A model generated the notes under the pieces. The model saw nothing but the letters and a program-made list of their open reading frames with translations, made no database searches and was not told the DNA's origin. Positions 35,785-49,025 of a stretch of 64,000 nt of DNA are shown here, piece by piece. The position numbers were made by a program, and so were the translations under genes. This DNA comes from Scyliorhinus canicula (taxonomy: Eukaryota), in assembly GCF_902713615.1 (NCBI RefSeq), contig NW_024055498.1, positions 4,706,554 to 4,770,553 of the forward strand, written 5' to 3'. Numbering within the stretch: the first letter of the stretch is position 1; each line of letters starts with the position of its first letter.

Positions 35785-38700
35785 GTTTGTGGAAGGGCTG
35801 TTGGCAAGTGACAGTTAAACCCGAAACACTTCGTGAGTGTTTCCCACCCTACCTCCTCCTCTAACCAACCCCCCCACCCTACCTCCTCCTCTAACCAACC
35901 CCCCCACCCCACGGTGGTTGGGAAGCGGGAGCAGGGGCCTGTCGTGAAGGTGAGTGAGTGCCTTTAAATTTGCTTAACTTTCAGCGGGAGCAGGGTTTGA
36001 GGTAATATCAGGTAAGCTCTTCCTTTCTTTTTCTTTTTCTTGTTTTTTTTAAAAGCTAGAGGTGATGTCAGGGAAGGCAGTACAATGCTCCTCCTGCAGA
36101 ATGTTTGAGGTGAGGGACGCCGTCAGTGTCCCTGCTGATTTCATCTGTGGGAAGTGCACCAAACTCCAGCTCCTCAAAAACCATGTTAGGGACCTGGAGC
36201 TTGAGCTGGATGAACTTCGGATCATTCGGGAGGCAGAGGGGGTCATAGATAGGAGCTTCAGGGAAGTAGTTACACCAAAGACTGGAGATAGATGGGTAAC
36301 TGTAAGAGGGACTGGGAAGAAGCAGTCAGTGCAGGGACCCCCTGCGGTCGTTCCCCTGAGTAACAAGTATACCGTTTTGGATACTTGTGGGGGGGGGGGG
36401 GACTTACCAGGGGTAAGCCATGGGGTACGGGCCTCTGGCACGGAGTCTGTCCCTGTTGCTCAGAAGGGAAGGGGGCAAAGGAGTAGAACATTAGTAATTG
36501 GGGACTCAATAGTCAGGGGCACAGATAGGAGATTTTGTGGGAGCGAGAGAGACTCACGTTTGGTATGTTGCCTCCCAGGTGCAAGGGTAAGTGATGTCTC
36601 GGATCGTGTTTTCCGGGTCCTTAAGGGGGAGGGGGAGCAGCCCCAAGTCGTAGTCCACATTGGCACTAACGACATAGGTAGGAAAGGGGACAAGGATGTC
36701 AGGCAGGCCTTTAGGGAGCTAGGATGGAAGCTCAGAGCGAGAACAAACAGAGTTGTTATCTCTGGGTTGTTGCGCGTGCCACGTGATAGTGAGATGAGGA
36801 ATAGGGAGAGAGAGCAATTAAACATGTGGCTACAGGGATGGTGCAGGCGGGAGGGATTCAGATTTCTGGATAACTGGGGCTCTTTCTGGGGAAGGTGGGA
36901 CCTCTATAGACAGGATGGTCTACATCTGAACCTGAGGGGCACCAATATCCTGGGGGGGGGGGAGATTTGTTAGTGCTCTTTGAGGGGGTTTAAACTAATT
37001 TAGCAGGGACATGGGAACCTGGATTTTGGGGTACGGGAGATTGAGAGTATAGAGGTCAGGAGCACAGATTTGACTTCGCAGGAGGGTGCCAGTGTTCAGG
37101 TAGGTGGTTTGAAGTGTCTCTACTTCAATGCCAGGAGTATACGAAATAAGGTAGGGGAACTGGCAGCATGGGTGGGTACCTGGGACTTCGACGTTGTGGC
37201 CATTTCAGAGACATGGATAGAGCAGGGACAGGAATGGTTGTTGCAGGTTCCGGGGTTTAGGTGTTTTAGTAAGCTCAGAGAAGGGGGCAAAAGAGGGGGA
37301 GGTGTGGCGCTGCTAGTCAAGGACAGTATTACGGTGGCGGAAAGGATGCTAGATGGGGACTCTTCTTCTGAGGTAGTATGGGCTGAGGTTAGAAACAGGA
37401 AAGGGGAGGTCACCCTGTTGGGAGTTTTCTATAGGCCACCTAATAGTTCTAGGGATGTAGAGGAAAGGATGGCGAAGATGATTCTGGAAAAGAGCGAAAG
37501 TAACAGGGTAGTTGTTATGGGAGACTTTAACTTTCCAAATATTGACTGGAAAAGATATAGTTCGAGTACATTAGATGGGTCGTTCTTTGTACAATGTGTG
37601 CAGGAGGGTTTCCTGACACAATATGTTGACAGGCCAACAAGAGGCGAGGCCACATTGGATTTGGTTTTGGGTAATGAACCAGGCCAGGTGTTAGATCTGG
37701 AGGTAGGTGAGCACTTTGGAAACAGTGACCACAATTCGGTGACCTTTACGTTAGTGATGGAAAGGTATAAGTATACCCCGCAGGGCAAGAGTTATAGCTG
37801 GGGGAAGGGCAATTATGATGCCATTAGACATGACTTGGGATGTGTTGGTTGGAGAAGTAGGCTGCAAGGGTTGGGCACACTGGATATGTGGAGCTTGTTC
37901 AAGGAACAGCTATTGCATGTTCTTGATAAGTACGTACCAGTCAGGCAGGGAGGAAGGGGTCGACCGAGGGAACCGTGGTTTACCAAAGAAGTGGAATCTC
38001 TTGTTAAGAGGAAGAAGGAGGCCTATGTGAAGGTGAGGCATAAAGTTTCAGTTGGGGCGCTTGATAGTTACAAGGAAGCGAGGAAGGATCTAAAGAGAGA
38101 GCTGAGTCGAGCAAGGAGGGGACATGAGAAGTCTTTGGCAGGTAGGATCAAGGAAAACCCAAAAGCTTTCTATAGGTATGTCAGGAATAAAAGAATGACT
38201 AGGGTAAGAGTAGGGCCAGTCAAGGACAGTGGTGGGAAGTTGTGGAGGCTGAGGAGATAAGCGAGATACTAAATGAATACTTTTCGTCAGTATTCACTCA
38301 AGAAAAAGATAATATTGTGGAGGAGAATGCTGAGACCCAGGCTATTAGAATAGATGGCATTGAGGTGCGTAGGGAAGAAGTGTTGGCAATTCTGGACAAG
38401 GTGAAAATAGATAAGTCCCCGGGGCCGGATGGGATTTATCCTAGGATTCTCTGGGAAGCCAGGGAAGAGATTGCTGAGCCTTTGGCTTTGATTTTTAGGT
38501 CATCATTGGCTACAGGAATAGTGCCAGAGGACTGGAGGATAGCAAATGTGGTCCCTTTGTTCAAGAATGGGAGTAGAGGTAACTATAGGCCGGTGAGCCT
38601 AACGTCTGTGGTGGGTAAGGTCTTGGAGAGGATTATAAAATATACGATTTATAATCATCTAGATAGGAATAATATGATTAGGGATAGTCAGCATGGTTTT

Positions 38701-39952
38701 GTGAAGGGTAGGTCATGCCTCACAAACCTTATCGAGTTCTTTGAGAAGGTGACTGAACAGGTAGACGAGGGTAGAGCAGTTGATGTGGTGTATATGGATT
38801 TCAGTAAAGCGTTTGATAAGGTTCCCCACGGTCGGCTATTGCAGAAAATACGGAGGCTGGGGATTGAGGGTGATTTAGAGATGTGGATCAGAAATTGGCT
38901 AGTTGAAAGAAGACAGAGAGTGGTAGTTGATGGGAAATGTTCAGAATGGAGTTCAGTTACGAGTGGCGTACCACAAGGATCTGTTCTGGGGCCGTTGCTG
39001 TTTGTCATTTTTATAAATGACCTAGAGGAGGGCGCAGAAGGTTGGGTGAGTAAATTTGCAGACGACTCTAAAGTCGGTGGAGTTGTAGACAGTGCGGAAG
39101 GATGTTGCAGGTTACAGAGGGACATAGATAAGCTGCAGAGCTGGGCTGAGAGGTGGCAAATGGAGTTTAATGTGGAGAAGTGTGAGGTGATTCACTTTGG
39201 AAAGAATAACAGGAATGCGGAATATTTGGCTAATGGTAAAATTCTTGGTAGTGTGGATGAGCAGAGGGATCTCGGTGTCCATGTACATAGATCCCTGAAA
39301 GTTGCCACCCAGGTTGATAGGGTTGTGAAGAAGGCCTATGGTGTGTTGGCCTTTATTGGTAGAGGGATTGAGTTCCGGAGCCATGAGGTCATGTTGCAGT
39401 TGTACAAAACTCTAGTACGGCCGCATTTGGAGTATTGCGTACAGTTCTGGTCGCCTCATTATAGGAAGGACGTGGAAGCTTTGGAACGGGTGCAGAGGAG
39501 ATTTACCAGGATGTTGCCTGGTATGGAGGGAAAATCTTATGAGGAAAGGCTGATGGACTTGAGGTTGTTTTCGTTAGAGAGAAGAAGGTTAAGAGGTGAC
39601 TTAATAGAGGCATACAAGATGATCAGAGGGTTAGATAGGGTGGACAGCGAGAGCCTTCTCCCGCGGATGGGGGTGGCTAGCACGAGGGGACATAGCCTTA
39701 AATTGAGGGGTAATAGATATAGGACAGAGGTCAGAGGTGGGTTTTTTACGCAAAGAGTGGTGAGGCCGTGGAATGCCCTACCTGCAACAGTAGTGAACTC
39801 GCCAACATTGAAGGCATTTAAAAGTTTATTGGATAAGCATATGGATGATAAGGGCATAGTGTAGGTTAGATGGCCTTTAGTTTTTTTTTCCATGTCGGTG
39901 CAACATCGAGGGCTGAAGGGCCTGTACTGCGCTGTATCGTTCTATGTTCTAA
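35433..39952 (+). mobile_element. Near-full-length CR1 LINE #2 with monomeric 5' UTR
   Basis: ORF1 36062-36973 (frameshift in a G-run near its end), ORF2 split into 37070-38260 and 38242-39864, 3' tail TTCTATGTTCTA. Confidence 0.93.
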
Positions 39953-40032
39953 ATGGGATGTAACCCATTGCACGATTAATATTCTAAGAATTCTTACAAC
40001 ACCAGGTTAAAGTCCAACAGGTTTGCTCCAAA

Positions 40033-40067
40033 CGCTAGCTTTCGGAGCACTGCTCCTTCCTCAGGTG
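40033..40067 (-). ncRNA. Minimal hammerhead motif (one stem I mismatch)
   Basis: CAC-CTGAGGA-A-GGAGCAGTGCTCC-GAA-AGCT-A-GCG. Confidence 0.6.
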
Positions 40068-41435
40068 AATGAAGAGGTATGTTCCAGAAACATATGTACA
40101 GACACATTCAAAGGTGCAAGACAATGCTTAGAATGTGAGCATTTGCAGGGAATTAAGTCTTTACAGATCTAAAGGTAGGGGTAACCCCAGGCTATGAGGT
40201 GTGAATTGTCTCAAGCCAGGACAGTGGTCGGATTTCGCAAGCCCAGGCCAGATGGTGGGGGATGAATGTAATGTGACATGAATCCCAGGTCTCGATTGAG
40301 GCCACGCTCATGCGTGTGGAACTTGGCTATAAGTTTCTGCTCGGCGATTCTGCGTTGTCGCGCGTCCTGAAGGCCGCCTTGGAGAATGCTTACCCGGAGA
40401 TCAGAGGCTGAATGCCCTTGACTGCTGAAGTATTCCCCGACTGGAAGGGAACATTCCTGCCTGGTGATTGACGTGCGATACCCGTTCATCCATTGTCACA
40501 GCGTCTGCATGGTCTCGCCAATGTACCACGCTTCGGGGCATCCTTTCCTGCAGGGTATGAGGTAGACAACGTTGGCCGAGGCACACGAGTATGTATCACG
40601 TACCTGGTGGGTGGCGTTCTCACGTGTATTCGTGGTCTCCATGTCGATGATCTGGCAAGTCTTGCAGAGATTGCCATGGCAGGGTTGTGTGGTGCCGTGG
40701 TCGCAGTTCTGAAGACTGGATAGTTTGCTGCAAGCAATGGTTTGTTTGAGGTTGCGCGGTTGTTTGAAGGCAAGTAGTGGGGGTGTGGGGATGTCCTTGG
40801 CAAGATGTTCATCTTCATCGATGACGTGTTGAAGGCTGCGAAGAAGATGTCATAGTTTGTCCGCTCCAGGAAAGTACTGGACGACGACGGTTGTGTTCCG
40901 TGTTTGTCTTCTGAGGAGGTCGGTGCATTTTCTTGCTGTGGCACGTTGGAACTGTCGGTCGATGAGTCGTGCGCCATATCCCGTTCATACGAAAACATCT
41001 TTCAGCGTCTGTAGTAGTCTGTTACGCTCCTCCTCGTCTGAGCAGATCCTGTGTATATGGAGGGCTTGTCCATCGCGGATGGCTTCTTTAATGTGTTTAG
41101 GGTGGAAGCAGGAGAAGTGGAGCATTGTGAGGTGACTCGCAACAATGCAGAATCGCCGAGCAGAAAATTATAGCCAAGTTCCGCACACATGAGCGTGGCC
41201 TCAACCGTGGCCTGGAATTCATGACACATTACATTCATCCCCCACCATCTGGCCTGGTCTTGCGAAATCCGACCAACTGTCCTGGCTTGAGACAATTCAC
41301 ACATCTTTAACCTGGGGTTACCCCTAACTCTGGATTTGTAAAAACGTAATTACCTACAAATGCTCGCATTCTAAGCATTGTCTTGCATCTTTTGAATTTG
41401 TCAATATATATGTTTTTGGAACATACCTCTTCATT

Positions 41436-41470
41436 CACCTGAGGAAGGAGCTGTGCTCCGAAAGCTAGTG
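41436..41470 (+). ncRNA. Minimal hammerhead motif, best-preserved copy
   Basis: CAC-CTGAGGA-A-GGAGC-TGT-GCTCC-GAA-AGCT-A-GTG. Confidence 0.72.
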
Positions 41471-41929
41471 TTTGAATCAAACCTGTTGGACTTTAACCTG
41501 TTGTTGTAAGACTTCTTCCTGAGCTCACCCCAGTCCAACGGCGTCATCTCCACATCACGATTAATATTGGTATTATCTCGCACAGTAATAACTAAAACAG
41601 AGAGAAGCGCATCATTTACAGGTACAGAAACTGGCATTAAATAAACAGAGCCAGCCGTGTACCGGAATTACTAAAACAGGGCCTTGATTAATACAAGTGG
41701 AGACAGTGTGGTGCAGTGGAAACCGAGAATTTCCTCCCACAGCCCAAAGATGCGCAGATTAGGTGGATTGGCCATTCTAAAAGATTTCCCCTGAGTGTGC
41801 AAAGGGTAGGTGGGGTTATGGGGATAGGGTGCAGGAGTTGTCCTCAGTTGGGTGCCGTTTTGGAGGGCGGGTGCAGACTCGATGGGCCGACTGGCCTCCT
41901 TCTGCACTGTCGGGATTCTATGATTCTTT

Positions 41930-42640
41930 GAAAAGACCGGGATTCATAATAACTGGGACAGGGTTCTAATGCAGGGGTTACTGTTACAGGGTAAATATTC
42001 ATAATAACTGAGACAGGGTGTGTAGCAATGATTAATGGAAGAACGTCCAGAATCAGGGACACAGTCTAAGGATATAGATGAGGAGAAAGTTATTGACCTA
42101 GAGCGGTGAACCTGTGGAATTCTCTACCACACAAAACAGTTGAGGCCAAAACATTGTATGTTTACTGGAAGGAATTATATATATAGTTCTTGTGGCTATC
42201 GGGATCACACGATATGGAGGGAAAGCGACAACAGTTCACTGAGTTGGATGATCAGCCACGATCAGAATGAATGGAAGAGCAAGGTCAAGGGGCCGAATGG
42301 CCTACTTCTCCACCTATTGTCTCTGCTTCTACACTTCTATGTTTCTATGTAATGCAATAAAGGCTAAATTAGATATAAACTGAAACAAGGTCTAGCACAG
42401 TAATTCCTGATACAGGGTCTACACTAATATAAACTGAGACAAGGCCAAGTGTCGTGATTTCTGAGAGGAGGGTGTCTTCAATAATGTAAATTTAGACAGG
42501 CTTCTAGTGCACTAATTGCTGTTAGAGCGTCGAGATTAATATAAAGTGAGACAGATTCTAGTGCCGTAATTATTGATGCAGGGTCTAGATTAACGAAAAC
42601 TGAGATAATGTCTAATGCAATGATTACTGATTTAGGGTAT
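41930..42640 (+). repeat. Degenerate AT-rich minisatellite ('ataaactgagacagggtctagtgcagtaattactgatacagg')
   Basis: The motif recurs in blocks at ~30080-30620, 35250-35430, 46520-46780, 47200-47420, 52250-52450, 58350-58860 and 60340-60520. Confidence 0.55.
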
Positions 42641-43624
42641 ACATTCGTACAAAGCGAGATAGGGTCGATTGCAGGCTTGGACTAAGATTAATGTTAATCA
42701 ATGTAGGGCCGAGTGTGGGGTTCACCGTTACACGGTTGAGATTATATACATTCAGACAGATGTGCGTTTTTTCTGCGTGTTTGTCCGTGTGCGTGGACAT
42801 TTTCACACCAAACTCCTGCACAAATAATTCCTTGGTTTTATACACCAATTAATGGAACGGAGTATGGGGAACTTTACTCTCCACATACCCTGCGTTTTTC
42901 CTGCTCTGCAAGTATCTGATGGCAGGGCAAAGAGGAAGCTTTACTCTGTTCCTCACATGTGCTTTACCTGTCCTTGACATGTTAGATTGCGGATGTTGTG
43001 GTGGGAGCTTTCCTCTGTATTGTACCTGTCCTTCGAGTATTTGAGGGGAGATTGTTCAGGGAAATTCATTCAGTAACTAAATGTTTATTGTTGAGGCCCT
43101 GGGAGTATATAATGGGACAGGTTTTAGGAAGTTTTATTCTTTATCCAAATCTGTGACGCATATGGCCTGAGAGTGTTTGCTGGTTCAGTGTGCAGGAAGG
43201 TTTGCTCTGTATACGACCCCGTCCTGTACCTGACCTGCGAGAAATTGACGGAATAGTTTAGAGAAGCAGAGCGTTACTAAAGCTGTCCTTGGAATTCTGG
43301 TGGGACGCAGGGAATGGTAAGGTCTGGGACCAATGTCTTAATGTCTGTGTCATATTTGAAAAGTGAGCAAAACGGATGCTCAGGTGATGAAAGGGGCAGG
43401 AGCAGAATGTGTAGAACAGTGACTAAGGGACAGAATACAGTGTAGATGTTAACAATTGTTTCATAATGGGTGGGGTACAGAGTGTTATTCTCCAGTGGGT
43501 AATATTAGCAGCACTGCTTTTTCTGTTATATATTAATAGACAGGACTCGGGACTCGGGCTCACAGGATATCAATTGAAAAGTTGCATATGTTTCCCAAAT
43601 CGGAAATGCAGTAAACAGGGAAGA

Positions 43625-43985
43625 CGATTTCGGGGTAGCACGGTAGCATGGTGGTTAGCATAAATGCTTCACAGCTCCAGGGTCCCAGGTTCGATTCCCG
43701 GCTGGGTCACTGTCTGTGCGGAGTCTGCACGTCCTCCCCGTGTGTGCGTGGGTTTCCTCCGGGTGCTCCGGTTTCCTCCCACAGTCCAAAGATGTGCGGG
43801 TTAGGTGGATTGGCCATGCTAAATTGCCCGTAGTGTCCTAAAAAGTAAGGTTACGGGGGGGGGGGGGGTTGTTGGGTTACGGGTATAGGGTGGATACGTG
43901 GGTTTGAGTAGGGTGATCATTGCTCGGCACAACATCGAGGGCCGAAGGGCCTGTTCTGTGCTGTGCTGTACTGTTCTATGTTCTA
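43625..43985 (+). mobile_element. Full-length HE1-like SINE
   Basis: tRNA-like head, conserved body, CR1-like (TTCTATG)n tail. Confidence 0.9.
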
Positions 43986-44009
43986 TGTTCTAACGATTAC
44001 ATAGATAGA

Positions 44010-44970
44010 TACATAGAAGTTAGGAGCAGGAGGAGGCCTTTTGGCCCTTCGAGCCTGCTCCGCCATTTATCACCATCATGGCTGATCATCATACTCAATA
44101 GCCTAATCCTGCTTTCTTCCCATAGCCTTTGATCCCATTCTCCCCAAGCGCAATATCCAGGCGCCTCTTGAATGTATTCAATGTTTTAGGATCAACTATT
44201 TCCTGTGATCATGAATTCCACAGGCTCACCACTCTTTGAACATAGAACATTACAGCGCAGTACAGGCCTTCGGCCCTCGATGTCGCGCCGACCTGTGAAA
44301 CCACTCTAAATCCCATCTACACTATTCTCTTATCGTCCATATGTCTATCCAATTACCATTTGAATGCCCTAAGTGTTGGCGAGTCCACTACTGTTGCAGG
44401 CAGGGCATTCCATGACCTTACTACTCTCTGAGTAAAGAACCTACCTCTGGTATCTGTCCTATATCTATCTCCCCTCAATTAAAAGCTATGTCCCCTCGTG
44501 CTAGACATCACCATCTGAGGAAAATGGTTCTCACTGTCCAGCCTATCTAATCCTCTGATCATCTTGTATGCCTCAATTAAGTCAATTAAGATCTTCCCTC
44601 CATACCAGGCAACATCTTGGTAAATCTCCTCTGCACCCTTTCCAATGCTTCCACATCCTTCCTATAATGCGGCGACCAGAATTGCACGCAATACTCCAAA
44701 TGCGGCCGCACCAGTTTCGTACAGCTGCAACATGACCTCATGGCTCCGAAACTCAATCCCTCTACCAATAAAAGCTAACACACCGTATGCCTTCTTAACA
44801 ACCCTCTCAACCTGTGTGGCAACTTTCAGGGATCTATATACATGGACACCGAGACCTCTCTGCTCATCCACACTACCAAGATTCTTCCCATTAGCACACT
44901 ACCATGTCTTCCTGTTATTCCTTCCAAAATTAATCACCTCACACTTTTCTGCATTGAACTCTATTTGCCA
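44010..44970 (-). mobile_element. CR1 3' fragments
   Basis: [31 protein letters not shown] and QVERVVKKAYGVL. Confidence 0.85.
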
Positions 44971-45630
44971 CCTCTCAACCACCCGTGTGTTAAGCACCTT
45001 GGACTTTGCCCTCGTGAACCCTTGCCAGAACTCTCTAAGCTCCGGACATGCCCAAAACATGTATGTGGACATGGTTTGCAGGGCTGCCATTGCACCTCAT
45101 ACAACTGTCCTCTACCCCAAAAAACTTGCTCATTCTCGCTGCTGTCATGTGTGCCCGGTAGACCACCTTAAATTGAATTAGACTGAGCCTGGCACATGAT
45201 GAGGAGGAATTAACCTTGCCCAGAACCTTTGCCCACAGACCCGCTTCCAACTCCTCACCAACTCGTCCAGCCACTTGCCCTTCAGCTGCTCCACCGGGGT
45301 TTCCTCCACCTCCTGTAGTTCCTGGTAGATATCCGACACCTTCCCCTCCCCCACTCAGGTGCCGGAGACCACCCTGTCCTGTATCCTCAGTGGCGGCAGC
45401 GTCGGAAAGGCCACTACATGTTTTTTCAGGAAGGCTCGTGCTTGCAGATATTTGAAGGCGTTTCCTGGCGGCAGATTAAATATCTCCTCTAGCGCCTTCA
45501 AACTGGGAGAGCTTCCCTCTCTGAACAGATCTCCCATCCTTCAGATGCCTGCCCTCTGCCAGTTCTGGAACCCACCATCCATCCTACCCGGGACAAACCT
45601 GTGGCTGTTGCATGAGGACAGGGCATCCAT
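44970..45630 (-). mobile_element. L1-clade LINE ORF2 C-terminal fragment
   Basis: Frameshifted peptides 'KVNSSSSCARLSLIQFKVVYRAHMT...CMRC...' and 'MFWACPELREFWQ', typical of the L1 Cys-rich C-terminus. Confidence 0.7.
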
Positions 45631-48600
45631 GGTTGTCAATGGAAGTCAAGGACAGCATTAAAGCAAAGGAATAAGCATACAATGTGGCGAAGATTAATGG
45701 GATGCCAAAGGATACGGAAGCTTTTAAAGCTGATATAATGTAAAAGCTAATAAAAAATGTTATTATTACTTTTGAACTGAGGGCACTGTTTCTACGTTTT
45801 CATGCGACGCCAAGATACGTAGAGGAATAAGTCGTGCTGAGGAAGCAGAGAGGCTGCAAAAAGACCTGGCCAGGCTAAGAAACGATGTGCTGGCCTTGGA
45901 GAAGCTCCCGAGGAGATTCACAAGACTGATCCTTGGAATGACTGGCTTGTCATATGAGGAGCGCTTGAGGACTCTGGGTCTGTACTGAATAGAGTTTAGA
46001 AGGATGAGGTGCTGTGAGGGGAGTGGGGCGCGGGGTGGGGGCGGGGGTGGGGTCACATTAAAAGTTACAGAATAGTGAGAGGCCTAGTAGGCGAAACTAG
46101 AACCCGAGGTCACAGCCTCAGATTTAAGGGACGAGCCTTCAAAACTGAGAGGAGGAACAATTTATTCAGCCTGTGAATCTGTGGAACTCAGTCCCGCAGC
46201 AAGCTGTGGAGGCCAAATCACTGAGTGTCTTTAAGATAGAGATAGACAGGCTCTTGATTAATAAGGGGACCAGGGATTATGGGGAGAAGGCAGGAGAATG
46301 GGGATTAGAAACATAACAGTCATGATTGAATGCGAAGCAGACTGGATGAACTGAAAGGCCGGGTTCAACTCCTATGTTTTATGATTTTATGGGAGGAAAA
46401 CCATATATGGACGATCTTAGAATAGATAGGTGCTTGATTGCCGTTTCAGATATGGTGGGTGGAAGGGCATCTTTATTTCCTGTATATCTCTCAGACTCCA
46501 TGACTCTATGACAGGATCTAAAACAATAATCACTAATACGGGGTGTAGATTAACCTAAATTGAGATTGAATCTCGTGCAGAGATTACTGATACAGGGTCC
46601 AGATTACCATAAACTGAGACAGGTTCTAGTGCAGCGATTACTCATACAAAGATTGATTAAATTTAAATGAGATCGGCTCTAAAGCAGTGATTATTGATAC
46701 AGGATCTAGAATATTATAAACTGAGGCAGGGTCTATTGCAGTCATTTCTGGTCAGGGTCTGGATTAAACATGTGTAAAGAGTTATTCAGGCAGATTATCA
46801 AAAAGTGGTTGACGAGGCATGTTATGGGATGATTTTAATAAGGGAATTGAGGTAAAGAGGAGTAGGGAATGAATACCAGAGCTTAGGACCGAGGCATATG
46901 AAGGCATCGCAAAGTGAACCAAATAATTCTGAAGATAACAATATGTCTTGATCGATTGGAGTTGCAAACATTAAGAAAAATGTTTTATATTCACACCTAC
47001 ACTAACGACCAATACGTTTGTGCAGCGATTTTAGTTGCTCTTCTAACCAGATGAGTGTTGAATGATTGGGGCGCCATTTCTCCTATGGGTGCCCACCATT
47101 AGCATCGTGGCGATACTGTGAGAACACAGTTCTGTCTAACTCTGCCAGTGCATCAGGTGATTGGTTAACATAAATCGAGAGACAACAGGAACATGGTCCG
47201 GTGTAATATCAACAGAGACAGGCCCTGGTGAGATGTAAAGATACAAATCCCTGTGGAATATAGAAGAGGCGGAACTTAATGTAATATAATCCTATGCATG
47301 TTCTTGCGTGTTATTAATTGAGTGCAGCACAAACAGTACAGTGTAGTATAGACAGGGACAGGGGTTACTTTAACAGTGATAAAGACAGGGTCTCATTTAA
47401 CATGAGGAGTAACAGATCTGATGTAATACAGTGACATAGAAAATAGAGCAGAAGTGGACCATTATGCCCTTCGAGCCTGCTCCGCTGTTCATTATGATCA
47501 TGGCACCTCAGTAGCCTGTTCCCACTTTCACCCACATCATTTGGTCCCTTCAGAGCTTTGATCCCCAAGAGCTATATCTAACTCCTTCAAAACATACAAT
47601 ACTTTGGACTTAACTTCGTTCTGTGGTACAGAATTCCACAGGCTATCGACTCCCAGGGTGGAGTTATTGCCCCTCATCTCAGTCCTAAATAGTTTACCCC
47701 GTATCCTTAGACAGTGACCCCTGGTTCTATCTCCCCCACCATCGGGACCATCCTTTCTGCATCCGCCCTGTCACGTCCTGTTTCAATTTGATAGGTTTAT
47801 AATCAGAGGGGGATTTAATATTTCATCAATTCGTGTCTTCTGATTCTCCTACCAGTGAATCAAGTTTCTTCCTAATTAATCAAACAAAACCCTTCATAAT
47901 TGTGACCATTGTTACACCCCTCCCAAAAACTGCTCGGTTCTAAGGAAAACAATCCCAGCTTCCAACCGCTCTGACCGTGCAGCTCATGAACTGGAAAGGC
48001 CCAGTTGTATATATTTTTCTGCCTTTCTTGTGTTCAGATGCTATTTTTGGAATTACTGACATTTTATATGGAGCCAGTAGAATTCCCGTTCACCATTACC
48101 ATCGTGTCCGAATTAGACACAAGACGGGGCCAGCACGGTGGTGCAGTGGTTAGCACTGCTGTCTCACGGCGTCGAGGGACCAGGTTAGATCCCGTCTCTC
48201 GGTCCATCTCCACGTGGAGTTTGCACATTCTCCCCGTCTCTGCGTGGGTTTCACCCCCAAAACTTAAAGATGTGCAGGGAAGGTGGACTGGCTGTGCTAA
48301 ATTGCCCCTTGATTTGGAAAAAAATAATTGTTTACTCTAAATTTATAATAAGACACAAGACTAAGAAAAGACTAGCCTCTGAAAATTAAATTGACCCATG
48401 TAAGGCTGGACCCAGAATTCGAACTTTAGATACGCTGACCAATATTTCAGAATGTAATGTCAACATGCAAGCCATGATAGGTTAACAATCTTGTCTCAGT
48501 GGAATCAATATCCCCTCTCACAACAGTACCTGAGCCCACGACCCAGATGTGATGAAAGCAGGAGTATTTTATGTTTCAGTTGCTCCATCTTTTAGATGTG

Positions 48601-48634
48601 ATGTGTCTTAGGGCTGCTTTGCAACATTATGTGG

Positions 48635-48716
48635 GACGAGGTGGCCGAGTGGTTAAGGCGATGGACTGCTAATTCATTGTGCTATGCATGCGTGTGTTCG
48701 AATCCCATTCTCGTCG
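48635..48716 (+). tRNA. tRNA-Ser(GCT), slightly diverged
   Basis: 82 nt, GACGAGGTGGCCGAGTGGTTAAGGCG-ATGGA-CTGCTAA-TTCAT...TCTCGTCG, with long variable arm and T5 at 48718-48722. One T-stem mismatch. Confidence 0.8.
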
Positions 48717-48723
48717 ATTTTTG

Positions 48724-49025
48724 TGGGCAGCACAGTAGCATGGTGGTTAGCATAAATGCACAGCTCCAGGATCCCAGGTTCGATTCCCGGCTGGGACACT
48801 GTCTGTGCGGAGTCTGCACGTCCTCCCTGTGTGTGGGTGGGTTTCCTCCGGGTGCTCCGATTTCCTCCCACGGTCCAAAGATGTGCGGGTTAGGTGGATT
48901 GGCCATGCTAAATTGCCTGTGGTGTCCTAAAAAGTAAGGTTAGGGAGGGAGGGGATACGTGGGTTTGCGTAGGGTGATCATTGCTCGGCACAACATCAAG
49001 GGGCTGTACTGTTCTATGTTCTATT
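48724..49025 (+). mobile_element. HE1-like SINE abutting tRNA-Ser
   Basis: Closely matches the SINE at 43625-43985. Confidence 0.88.

Larger units (their letters stand above)
39984..41555 (-). mobile_element. Penelope-like element with inverted terminal copy, 13-bp TSD
   Basis: Minus-oriented GIY-YIG part 39984-41134, then a plus-oriented inverted copy 41135-41555. CACGATTAATATT occurs at 39971-39983 and 41556-41568. Confidence 0.92.
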
